Shown: piece after piece, positions 9,466 through 22,970 of the stretch
Position numbering within the stretch: the first letter of the stretch is position 1
Layout of the letters: each line of letters opens with the position of its first letter
From: Gemmatimonadales bacterium
Lineage (GTDB): Bacteria; Gemmatimonadota; Gemmatimonadetes; Gemmatimonadales; GWC2-71-9
Reading direction: 5' to 3'
Assembly: GCA_013813875.1 (NCBI GenBank)
Contig: JACCQZ010000293.1
Coordinates: 1 to 50,536 of the forward strand
Length of the DNA: 50,536 nucleotides
The notes under the pieces: generated by a model
Seen by the model: the letters and a program-made list of their open reading frames with translations, nothing else
Told to the model about the DNA's origin: nothing
Databases searched by the model: none
Position numbers and translations under genes: made by a program

Positions 9466-11034
9466 CTATCCCTCGATCACCGTCCGACTCTGCTCCCGGG
9501 TAAACTGAGCCACGTAGTACGGCCCGCATCCCCCTTTGCCGGTCGAGCCCGAGCCCTTCCAGCCGCAGAAGGCCTGCGCTCCCGGCCAGGCGCCGGTGGT
9601 GGCCCCGGTTCGCTTGTTGGCATAGCAGACGCCGGCCTCGACCTCATCGAAGAAGCGTTCCACCTCCGCCGCCACACCGGAGAAAATCCCGGCCGTGAGG
9701 CCGTACTCGACGGCGTTGCTCTCGGCAATGGCCTGGTCCAGGCTGCTCACCTCGCCTACCACCAGCAGCGGCACGAACAGCTCCTCGCGGAAGAGGGAGC
9801 TTTCGAGCGGCAACCTCGCCACCGTCGGGGCGACGAAATGTCCCCGGTCGAAAGCGCCACCGCGCAGGCGCTCGCCCCCGAGCAGCACGGATCCTTCCGT
9901 CCGCGCCTGACGCACGGCGCGCTCGAATCGCTCGACGGCGCGCTGGTTGATCACCGGCCCGAAGAACACGTCGCGCTCGCTCGGGTCGCCCATGCGGATG
10001 GCGCGGGTCTTCTCCACCAGCAGGTCCACGAAGGGCGTGGCCACCCCGCGGTGAACGTACACCCGGGACGTGGCGCTGCACTTCTGGTTCTGCAGGCTGA
10101 ACGCCGAGCGCATGACCCCCTCGGCGGCTGCATCGAGGTCAGCGGTGGGCATGACGATCGCGGCGTTCTTGCCGCCCAGCTCGAGGAGACAGGGCTTGAT
10201 GAAACCGGCGCCCAGCCCGGCATGGATCCGCATGCCCACCGCCTTGGAGCCGGTGAACACCACCCCGTCTACGCCCGGGTGCTTCCAGAGCGCATCGCCG
10301 ATCTCTTCCCGCCGGCCCACGACGAAGTTGAACACACCGGGCGGCAATCCCGCGTCGCGATACACCTCGTAGAGCCGGAGACCGGTGAGCGGCGTGTCCT
10401 CCGCCGGCTTGTACACCACGGTGTTGCCGGCTGCCAACGCCGCCGAGGACATTCCGGCCGAGAGGGCGAGAGGAAAGTTGAACGGGGCGATGCAGGCGAA
10501 TACGCCGTAGGGCCGGAGCACGTCGGTGTTCCGCTCTACCGGTGTGATCCGCTCCATCGGCCGGATGAAGCCGCCGGCATCCCCCACCTGGGCGCAGTAG
10601 TAATCAATCAGGTCGGCGGATTCCTCGGCGTCGCCCATCGCCTCCAGGCGGCTCTTGCCCACCTCCAGGCTCATGAGCGCGGCGAGCTCGTACTTGCGCT
10701 CGCGCACCAGCTCGGCGGCCCGCCGGAGCAGGGCGAGACGCTCGCGCCAGGGGAGCCGGGCCCAATCCTGGCGGGCGCCCCGAGCCGCGGCCACTGCCCG
10801 ATCAACTTCCGCCGCACCCGCCGCCGCAAAGCGTCCCAGCACGAGGCTGGTGTCAATCGGCGAGCGACTCTCCACCGGCTCGGCGGCCGTCTCCACCGCC
10901 TCGCCGCCAATGTAGCAGGGATAGCGCCGGCCCGCCGCGGAACGGATCGTCTCCAGTGCAACGTCGAAGGCCCGGTGGAACTCTTCCAGGTCGCCACTGG
11001 CGGAGGTGTAGGTGATCTTCGCTGACGCCGTCAT
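9466..11034 (-). CDS. Aldehyde dehydrogenase, P5C-dehydrogenase (RocA/PruA)-like
   Basis: APFNFP, KPAE, FTGS, LELGGKN, QKCSA catalytic Cys, EELFVP, YGLTAG; ATGA overlap with the upstream gene. Confidence 0.9.
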   Translation of the reverse strand: MTASAKITYTSASGDLEEFHRAFDVALETIRSAAGRRYPCYIGGEAVETAAEPVESRSPIDTSLVLGRFAAAGAAEVDRAVAAARGARQDWARLPWRERLALLRRAAELVRERKYELAALMSLEVGKSRLEAMGDAEESADLIDYYCAQVGDAGGFIRPMERITPVERNTDVLRPYGVFACIAPFNFPLALSAGMSSAALAAGNTVVYKPAEDTPLTGLRLYEVYRDAGLPPGVFNFVVGRREEIGDALWKHPGVDGVVFTGSKAVGMRIHAGLGAGFIKPCLLELGGKNAAIVMPTADLDAAAEGVMRSAFSLQNQKCSATSRVYVHRGVATPFVDLLVEKTRAIRMGDPSERDVFFGPVINQRAVERFERAVRQARTEGSVLLGGERLRGGAFDRGHFVAPTVARLPLESSLFREELFVPLLVVGEVSSLDQAIAESNAVEYGLTAGIFSGVAAEVERFFDEVEAGVCYANKRTGATTGAWPGAQAFCGWKGSGSTGKGGCGPYYVAQFTREQSRTVIEG

Positions 11035-12386
11035 CGCGCCGCTCCGATGCGCTCGGTGGCCGCTCGGAGGGCTCGCTCGAGCAGGTGCACGATCTCCTCG
11101 ATCTGATCTTCGGTGATGATGAAAGGCGGCGCCAGCATCACCAGGTCGCCGTTGTGGCCATCGGCGTGTCCCACGCTGGGCCACACCACCAGGCCGGCAT
11201 CCATCGCCGCGGCGGTGAAGGCCTCGGCGAAACCGGCGGCGCGCGGCAACGGCTCCCGAGTGTGCCGGTCGGCCACGAACTCGATGCCCGCAAGGAGACC
11301 CCTCCCCCGGATGTCGCCCACCAGCGGCAGGCCGCGGAGCCGCTCGAGACGCAGGTGCAACACCCGACCCATCTCGGCGCAGCGCTTGATCAACCGGTGA
11401 GTGCGCAGATAGCGCAGCGTGGCCACTCCGGCGGCGCAGAGCGTGGGATGGTGGGAGAATGTCTGCGCGTGCAGGAGTGCGCCTGAGCCCCGGGCCAGCA
11501 TGTCCACCAGACGGGGCGGCGCCACCACCGCCGACAAGGGCACGTAGCCGCCGGCGATCCCCTTGCCCAGCACCATGACGTCGGGCACGACGCCGTAGGG
11601 CTCGAGCGCCGACCAGGTGCCGGTCCGTCCGGCACCGGTGAGGACCTCGTCAGCGACCAGCAGAACATCGTGGCGGTCGCACGCCGCTCGGATCCTCCGC
11701 CAGTACTCGGGCAGCGGGACCGTGGCGCCGGTAGAGGAGCCCCCGACCGGCTCGGCGATCACCGCAGCCACGGTGTCCGGACCCTCCCGCAGCAGCGCCT
11801 GCTCGAACGCCTCGCCGCTACATGCCGGGCAATGGGGCGGCCGGCCCCGGCACTCGCAGCGATACGAGTACGACGCCGGAACTCGCGTCACCGGCACCAG
11901 CCAGTCGCCGAACCAGGTCGTGTAGTGCGCCCGCGCCGATGCCGAAAGAGCCAGCAGGGTGTTGCCATGGTAGGCCGGTGACAGAGCCAGGATCTTGCGC
12001 TTGCCCGGCCGGCCGCACTCGGCCCAGTACTGCCGGGCCAGCTTGAGCGCCGCTTCGACCGCCTCCGAGCCGCTGCAGAGAGGATAGACCAGGCTCAGGT
12101 CGCCGGGAGAGAGGCGGGCGATCTCGGACGCGAGCTCTTCGACCGGCTCATGGGTAAACGCCGTCCCGTTGACGTACCCCAGCCGTTCCGCCTGCGCCGC
12201 CATGGCCTCCGAGATCTCGCCCACCCCGTGGCCCAGGTTGGCAACGAAAGCTCCGCCGCAGGCGTCGAGATAGCGGCGTCCATCCGCGGCGTACAGATAG
12301 CACCCCTGTCCCCGGCTGATCAGCGGATATTGCCGGGTGAGCTTCCGATAGAAGACGTGCGATTCGACGGGGTGCGGATGCGACAT
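11031..12386 (-). CDS. Class-III PLP aminotransferase (omega-amino acid/BioA-like subgroup)
   Basis: YLDACGG, SGSEAVEAALKLARQY, YHGNT, ADEVLTGAGRTG, LGKGIAGGY, TFSHHP. Confidence 0.9.
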   Translation of the reverse strand: MSHPHPVESHVFYRKLTRQYPLISRGQGCYLYAADGRRYLDACGGAFVANLGHGVGEISEAMAAQAERLGYVNGTAFTHEPVEELASEIARLSPGDLSLVYPLCSGSEAVEAALKLARQYWAECGRPGKRKILALSPAYHGNTLLALSASARAHYTTWFGDWLVPVTRVPASYSYRCECRGRPPHCPACSGEAFEQALLREGPDTVAAVIAEPVGGSSTGATVPLPEYWRRIRAACDRHDVLLVADEVLTGAGRTGTWSALEPYGVVPDVMVLGKGIAGGYVPLSAVVAPPRLVDMLARGSGALLHAQTFSHHPTLCAAGVATLRYLRTHRLIKRCAEMGRVLHLRLERLRGLPLVGDIRGRGLLAGIEFVADRHTREPLPRAAGFAEAFTAAAMDAGLVVWPSVGHADGHNGDLVMLAPPFIITEDQIEEIVHLLERALRAATERIGAAR

Positions 12387-12573
12387 GCGCGAGGAGGTTG
12401 GCGTGGCGAACTGGTTGGACGGCGCCCACGTTGTGCGAGCGCGGAATGTGCGCCCGACCTGGCGCCGGCGCCAGGGGTGATCGCCCGGGGCAGCGCCGGC
12501 TGGCCCGCATTCTGCGTATTGCGCGAGCCCGGCAGCCCGGCCCTCGGGCCCAAACGGCAACCTTTTTCCGCTG

Positions 12574-13041
12574 GTGGCGGACGTGCAATCTCCTCTGGTG
12601 GTGGACGCGCTCCGGGAGCAGCTCATTCGAGTGCTGGACTGGTATCACCACAGCCCGCCGGAGTTTCGCTGGGGCACCGTGATTCATTGCCGCAACGAGC
12701 GCGGCCGCTTGCGATTCGGCGCCATCACTCCGCAGGGCGAGAGCCTCGTCCTGACCCAACCGCTGCTCGCCGGGCTGGGACAGATGCCCTGCTGGCTCGA
12801 CGGCGCCGTGCGAGTTCGCCTGGAATGCCGCAAGCTGACGGAATGCCCCGGCGGACGCTCCACCATGCCTCACATCCTGCGTCCACCTCTGGTCGAAGCA
12901 CTCGCCGTCTACTTCGACCCCGACACCTCGGCCGAAGACACCGTTGCCTTCCAAGCCATGGCCGGCATCCTCACCCCCTCCCGCTGCCCCTCGGAGCTGT
13001 TCGTGCTGACGCGGAGGAAGCCGGGGGGGTGGCCGAACTAA
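12574..13041 (+). CDS. Hypothetical protein
   Basis: 155-aa ORF filling the gap divergently from the catabolic operon, natural-looking composition, followed by a hairpin; no family recognised. Confidence 0.65.
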   Translation: MADVQSPLVVDALREQLIRVLDWYHHSPPEFRWGTVIHCRNERGRLRFGAITPQGESLVLTQPLLAGLGQMPCWLDGAVRVRLECRKLTECPGGRSTMPHILRPPLVEALAVYFDPDTSAEDTVAFQAMAGILTPSRCPSELFVLTRRKPGGWPN

Positions 13042-13084
13042 GTCGAAGGTCGAAAGTCGAAGGTCAGACCTTCGACCTTCGACT
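13041..13084. repeat. Inverted 7-mer array (GTCGAAG / CTTCGAC) hairpin between convergent genes
   Basis: GTCGAAG GTCGAAA GTCGAAG GTC A GAC CTTCGAC CTTCGAC; same unit as the 27904 array. Confidence 0.8.
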
Positions 13085-13097
13085 CTTCCATCCTCCC

Positions 13098-15254
<2,157 letters not shown>

Positions 15255-15394
15255 AGGCGCTGCGCCTCAATGGTGGGGAGACGAAATGAGAAGCGCTGAA
15301 GATAATCGGCGGTGCCGGCAGGCGCATGGCGGCCGGTCGTCACGCTGAGGGCCCGGTTGTCAGAGACCGACTGCAGTGCCTCGTGCAACCGTGT

Positions 15395-16393
15395 TCAAAC
15401 CCCGACGGCAGCGACCGGCTGCAGCGCCTCTTCGAGATCTCCGAAATCAGGGTCCGGCAGGTCGGTGTACACCGGATTGGAGAGGTACCGCTCCCCGAAG
15501 TCACAGATGATGGACACGATGAGCCGGCCCGCGTTCTCCGGCCGGGAGGCCACCTGCAGTGCGGCCCAGGTTATCGAGCCGCTGGAGATCCCGGCGAAGA
15601 TCGCCTCCTCGCGCGCCAGCCGCCGCGCGGTGGCAATGGCGTCGTCGTTGCTGACCCGAATCACTTCGTCGTAGATTCTGACGTCCAGGTTGCCGGGGAT
15701 GAATCCCGCCCCGATCCCCTGCTGCTTGTGGGGCGACGGCTGGCCCCCGGAGAGCACCGGGCTTTCCGCCGGCTCCACAGCCACGATATGGATACCCGGT
15801 TTCTGTTCCCGCAGATAGCGGCCGGCGCCGGTGATGGTGCCCCCGGTCCCTACTCCCGAGACAAAAATGTCGATCCGTCCTTCGGTATCGGTCCAGATCT
15901 CCGGGCCGGTGGTGCGATAGTGGATAGCGGGATTGGCCGGATTGTCGAACTGGCGCGGCATCCAGGCCCGGTCGCCCAGGCGGCTCAGAATCTCCTCCGC
16001 CCTCGCGATCGCTCCTTTCATCCCCTTGGGCCCCTCGGTCAGCACCACCTTGGTGCCCAGGGCGCGGAGCAGGTTACGGCGCTCGAGCGTCATCGTCTCG
16101 GGCATGGTGAAGATGCAGCGATAGCCGCGCGCCGCCGCCACGTACGCCAGCCCGATGCCGGTGTTGCCGCTGGTCGGCTCCACGATCACCATCCCAGGGC
16201 GGAGGCTCCCCTTCTCGACCGCGTCGTCAATCATCGCGGCGCCGATGCGGTCCTTGACCGAATTGTACGGGTTGTATCCCTCGTGCTTCACTACGATCCG
16301 GCCGGGCAGACCCTGACCCAGCCGGTTGAGCCGAACGAGAGGGGTCTGACCCACAGTCTCGCTGATGTCCTGGTAGATCTTACCGTGGGGCAT
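15395..16393 (-). CDS. cysK: Cysteine synthase A
   Basis: SVKDRIG (PLP Lys), [33 protein letters not shown]. Confidence 0.95.
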   Translation of the reverse strand: MPHGKIYQDISETVGQTPLVRLNRLGQGLPGRIVVKHEGYNPYNSVKDRIGAAMIDDAVEKGSLRPGMVIVEPTSGNTGIGLAYVAAARGYRCIFTMPETMTLERRNLLRALGTKVVLTEGPKGMKGAIARAEEILSRLGDRAWMPRQFDNPANPAIHYRTTGPEIWTDTEGRIDIFVSGVGTGGTITGAGRYLREQKPGIHIVAVEPAESPVLSGGQPSPHKQQGIGAGFIPGNLDVRIYDEVIRVSNDDAIATARRLAREEAIFAGISSGSITWAALQVASRPENAGRLIVSIICDFGERYLSNPVYTDLPDPDFGDLEEALQPVAAVGV

Positions 16394-16439
16394 GGCTCCC
16401 CCGCTGGTTGACGTGACCGGCTGCGCGGCCGTATCGGCA

Positions 16440-16448
16440 ACTATAACA
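16440..16448 (-). promoter_or_regulatory. Candidate extended -10 promoter for cysK
   Basis: TGtTATAGT on the minus strand ~47 nt upstream of the ATG, in otherwise GC-rich DNA. Confidence 0.5.
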
Positions 16449-16502
16449 CCGCCGCCGAGCCGGTGCAGCGGTTGAGTGTCTGACAGGGAGACCTGTCAGC
16501 AT

Positions 16503-16528
16503 TGTCACTCTGAGCGCAGCGAAGGGGG
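16503..16528. repeat. REP-like element, single arm (copy 4)
   Basis: TGTCACTCTGAGCGCAGCGAAGGGGG. Confidence 0.8.
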
Positions 16529-16600
16529 CACGATTCGGGGCGGGCCAGGAGCCCTTGTCGTTCAGCTGCTCGAGGAGGTCTCCCGGGAGTGCCCTGAGCT

Positions 16601-17203
16601 TCACAGCGGCTCGACATCCCTGCCGCAATGCTTGCACACCCTTGCCCGGGCGAGAATGGGCTCGGCGCAGAAGGGGCATTCGCGCTCTACCCTGGCCTGC
16701 GCGGCGCCGCCGTCCACCGGCCGCGGGCGCGAGGATCTTTCCTCCTGGGCCACGATTTGGGATTGCACCTGTCGCCGGAACTCCAAGGGCCGCGGAATGC
16801 GCTTGAGCTCCTCGCGAGTCCCGCCGGTTCCGGTGATCGCGATGGTGCCGAAGCCCAGCATCCGACCCGCCAGGTCCTGATCAACCGAGATTGCCTCGAT
16901 CTTGCTCAGCAGCGTTTCGGTGGATTCGCGCTGCACCAGCCCCGTTCTGGCGAGCACCCGTTTGTCGCTGACGGCGAACTCGGAACCGAGATACCGGATG
17001 GCCGGCCCGATGGCCAGAAGGATGCCGAGCGCCGCTACAGCGGCGCCGACGTACCAGTAGTCGCCGACGAAGAGATGGAGCGCTAGGGCAAGCGCCGCTC
17101 CCGCGAGCCCCACCGCGAGCGGGAGCGCGAACATGATCCAATGGGGCCGGGTACGGTGGACGATCCGCTCGCCGGCCAGCAGGTGCTCGTCGAGATAACT
17201 CAT
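16601..17203 (-). CDS. Membrane protein with bacterial PH domain and C-terminal zinc ribbon
   Basis: L.AGE.I...RPHW N-terminus, two TM helices, bPH_2-like core (GRMLGFGTIAITGTGG), CPFC..CKHC; true start 17203 because the longer ORF runs through the tRNA. Confidence 0.85.
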   Translation of the reverse strand: MSYLDEHLLAGERIVHRTRPHWIMFALPLAVGLAGAALALALHLFVGDYWYVGAAVAALGILLAIGPAIRYLGSEFAVSDKRVLARTGLVQRESTETLLSKIEAISVDQDLAGRMLGFGTIAITGTGGTREELKRIPRPLEFRRQVQSQIVAQEERSSRPRPVDGGAAQARVERECPFCAEPILARARVCKHCGRDVEPL

Positions 17204-17209
17204 GGGGTA

Positions 17210-17296
17210 CGGACAGGGTGGGATTCGAACCCACGATACCGTTGCCGGTATACCGGTTTTCGAGACCGACGCCTTCAGCCACTCGGCCACCTGTCC
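17210..17296 (-). tRNA. tRNA-Ser (anticodon CGA)
   Basis: GGACAGG..CCTGTCC acceptor stem, TGGCCGAGTGG D-arm, TCGGT-CT-CGA-AA-ACCGG anticodon arm, long variable arm, GGTTCGAATCC T-loop, discriminator G; CCA not encoded. Confidence 0.97.
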
Positions 17297-17519
17297 TGGC
17301 GGTGCTCAACTGCTTGGCGGCGAGAATTTTACACCGCCGACCCCGGGTTTTCCAGCGGTCCGCGCCCCGGCTGCGCCACCGTCATGAGCCTTAGAGAGCT
17401 GGCGGAGAGCCTCCAGCTCTCTGAGGTGCTCGCGATCCATTGGTCGGTTCACGGCGCACTTCGCGGCAATGAACTGATGCTGCGCCGGGCAAGTGAGGGA
17501 GACCGTGAAGACGTGCCCA

Positions 17520-18326
17520 TCAGCTGGACCCGATGTCCAGCCGGAGCTGCAATGGCGAGGCGGCTGGTCTGACTCGGCTCCGTGGCCGAGCCGACCCTGG
17601 CTCGAGAACCAGGCCGGGCGAGGGTGCATGCGCTGAAGCGGGAGGCGGCCCGATCGCACGATCGCCTGGCGGCCCGCACGACGCGTCAATGAGCTCTCGC
17701 AGGCTTGCCTCAGCCACTCCGAGTCGCCGCGCCAGCGTCGCTTCCACCCGGGGCGCTCGCTGCGTCCCAGCCAGCAGCGCGTAAGTGATCGCGCTCGACA
17801 GCCCCTCGGCGCGGCACCAGCTGGCGAGGGTGGTCGGGTGGAGTAGGAGCTGCACCACCAGCGAAGCCGAAAGCGCGGCCACGTCCAGCGCCACCCGGTA
17901 AACCGCCTTCTGCTCCAGGGGATTGGTGCCGTCCCGCCGCCCCAGCCGTTCACCGGTGGCGGGAGACCAGGTCCACGCTGAGGTCGGAGCTCCCGGTGGG
18001 ACCGGCGGCCGCAAGGCTCGAGGCACCCGCGGCTGAGTATCAATGAGATCGGCCAGCACCGCCGCGGGTACGTCCAATCGCTCGGCCAGCCGTTGCCGCA
18101 GCCGCACGAACGGCTTACGGCCCGCCAGCGCGTTGTGGACCAGCGGCGGGGTAACCCCCTCGCCGCGCGACCACCCCGCTATGGTCTCGGGCCAGAGCAG
18201 CAGCGACACCACCAGCGATGCGGGAAACGACGCGATGTCCGCCCGCACCTGCTCCACGGCGGCTCGTTCGAGCGGCGAGGAACCGGTACGGGCCCCAACG
18301 GCGGGAGAGGCAAGCTCGGCGGTCAC
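17520..18326 (-). CDS. Hypothetical protein with two tandem Ner/BcepMu-gp16-like HTH repeats
   Basis: Internal duplication of ~80 aa (PLE..AV..V..D.A...ASLVV.LLL.P.T.A.W.R.EG......AL.LAG...R....LA.RL.V....L..LID); promoter directly upstream. Confidence 0.75.
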   Translation of the reverse strand: MTAELASPAVGARTGSSPLERAAVEQVRADIASFPASLVVSLLLWPETIAGWSRGEGVTPPLVHNALAGRKPFVRLRQRLAERLDVPAAVLADLIDTQPRVPRALRPPVPPGAPTSAWTWSPATGERLGRRDGTNPLEQKAVYRVALDVAALSASLVVQLLLHPTTLASWCRAEGLSSAITYALLAGTQRAPRVEATLARRLGVAEASLRELIDASCGPPGDRAIGPPPASAHAPSPGLVLEPGSARPRSRVRPAASPLQLRLDIGSS

Positions 18327-18332
18327 CGGTGA

Positions 18333-18361
18333 ACGCTATGCCCCGACTAACCGCCCGTCAA
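18333..18361 (-). promoter_or_regulatory. Sigma70-type promoter predicted to give a leaderless mRNA for the tandem-HTH gene
   Basis: TTGACG-N17-TAGCGT-N6-GTG start codon. Confidence 0.65.
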
Positions 18362-18408
18362 GACACCGAAATGCAGATAACCTCGTATGGGGCAAGGGAA
18401 TAGGGCAT

Positions 18409-18439
18409 AGGTAAGTTTCCCGGAGCAGGAAAGTTACCT
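18409..18439. promoter_or_regulatory. 12-7-12 palindrome, candidate operator
   Basis: AGGTAAGTTTCC-cggagca-GGAAAGTTACCT (1 mismatch) in the divergent intergenic region. Confidence 0.5.
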
Positions 18440-18612
18440 GGTAGCCTCTGCCCTTCTCCGCTTTTGCCAGCGCCCATCCGACAAATGCCGAAAGAGCGGC
18501 AGAATCCCTCCGCTGGGAAAAGCCGCCGGCCGGGAGCACTCGGGAAGATATTGCGGAGGTGGGATTTACCCTGCTGCAACTTTCGGTACGTCGCTTGCGA
18601 CGACACCGGTGT

Positions 18613-19167
18613 ATGCGCCGGACCCTTCCCCTCATACTGCTGGTGGGACTCGCCTTTGCCGCCGGGTGTGGTGCTGTCCTTGCCGCCGGAGACAGGCTCG
18701 AGCTGGAGACCCGTGCCCCGACCCTAGGTGCCGCCGGGACCCCGGACAGCGCGGTCGTCGCGCGGGCACGCGTCATCATGGACGACGACCTGGCCGACGC
18801 GGCGGTGGCCGTCTTCGACCGCGTGGCGCCTCGCATCCACTTGAACGGGCGGCTGCTGCGGGAGCTCGGGCCCGCGCTCTCGACTTTTCTGCTGGCCCAC
18901 GAGCGGGGCCATCTGGCCCATCACCACGCGCGGCGTCACGGCTTCGGGTTTACCGCGATCCCCACTCCTTCCTCGACCCTGCGCGGCTACGAGTTCGTGG
19001 CGGACTGCTATGCCGTCCGCTCGCTGCAACGCGGACGCCCCGATGCGGTGGTTGCGGCGGTGCGGTTCTTTCAGCTCCGCCGGGGGCTGGTGACCGACGC
19101 GGAGCATCCGCCGATGGGTGAGCGAGCCGACAGCTTGATCGCCTGTCTCAGCGCCACGGCGCAATAG
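18613..19167 (+). CDS. Small exported zinc metallopeptidase, M48-like
   Basis: Signal/lipoprotein-like N-terminus (..LAFAAGC), LAHERGH (HExxH), EFVADCYA third-ligand motif, HPPMGER. Confidence 0.8.
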   Translation: MRRTLPLILLVGLAFAAGCGAVLAAGDRLELETRAPTLGAAGTPDSAVVARARVIMDDDLADAAVAVFDRVAPRIHLNGRLLRELGPALSTFLLAHERGHLAHHHARRHGFGFTAIPTPSSTLRGYEFVADCYAVRSLQRGRPDAVVAAVRFFQLRRGLVTDAEHPPMGERADSLIACLSATAQ

Positions 19168-19171
19168 ATCG

Positions 19172-22268
<3,097 letters not shown>

Positions 22269-22401
22269 CGGTACCTCGATATGACTTCAGAAGTGGCAAG
22301 CTTTACCCGGGCTGTAGCGATGGCAAGGTCCATTCCCGAGAACACTGTCCATCTGGCAGGAGGGACGCAAAAAACAGTAGGGGACGGCTCCGGGCCGCCC
22401 C

Positions 22402-22839
22402 CTACTGCTGGCTGGTCACTTTCCTCTGCGCGATCATTTTGCGGGTGTAGCGCTCGCCGTCTACGGTGAGCTGGTAGTAGTACACCCCCGGGATGGCTTC
22501 TCGCTTCCCATCGAGATACTTCCCGTCCCAGTAAGCGCGATACTGGCCGCACCGCAACCGTAGAGTGTCCATGCGCTCGGCAGATCCGTTCGCCATCACT
22601 GGAATTGCCACCACCTGCACCAGCACGTTGTACACCTTCATACTGACGACCGGCTGATGACCTCCGCTACATACCTCCGGAGAAATGGCGAACGGTATCG
22701 TGGTCGCCGGGAAAAACGGATTGGGGTAGTTCTCTTTCAGCTCAACGCGGGGAGGGAGCAGATTGGCCTGCGCCGCAACCGGGGAGCCAGCCCCCACGAG
22801 AAGTCCGAGCCACCACCCCGGCCACGCGACGCGGACCAT
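22402..22839 (-). CDS. Secreted small protein made of a single T9SS-CTD/FlgD-like Ig domain
   Basis: Signal peptide ending AAQA, then NYPNPF..TTIPF, KVYNVL.Q.V, YWDG, PGVYYYQL, TRKM. Confidence 0.75.
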   Translation of the reverse strand: MVRVAWPGWWLGLLVGAGSPVAAQANLLPPRVELKENYPNPFFPATTIPFAISPEVCSGGHQPVVSMKVYNVLVQVVAIPVMANGSAERMDTLRLRCGQYRAYWDGKYLDGKREAIPGVYYYQLTVDGERYTRKMIAQRKVTSQQ

Positions 22840-22918
22840 GGGCGCTCCTCTTCACACGAAATGTCGAACCGGGGTCACCTCCACGCTGAACGGATCAGGG
22901 TTCGGTCTGGTCAAGTGG

Positions 22919-22948
22919 AAGATGGCAGCGGCTCGGGAGAGGTGTCAA
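22919..22948 (-). promoter_or_regulatory. Candidate sigma70 promoter
   Basis: TTGACA-N18-CATCTT upstream of the 22839 gene. Confidence 0.4.
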
Positions 22949-22970
22949 GCCAACGGCCGCATGAACATCC

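Noticed and set aside
15372-15388. NtrC-like site upstream of GSIII (TGCA-N8-TGCA)
   Set aside because: Spacing is one base short of consensus and no sigma54 -24/-12 element was found
17384-17572. 62-aa plus-strand ORF (MSLRELAESLQ...)
   Set aside because: No SD or motif, and it overlaps the 3' end of the tandem-HTH gene; cannot be supported
17300-19170. Prophage or integrative element at tRNA-Ser
   Set aside because: No integrase and no duplicated tRNA end seen; the accessory genes lie on the 5' side of the tRNA
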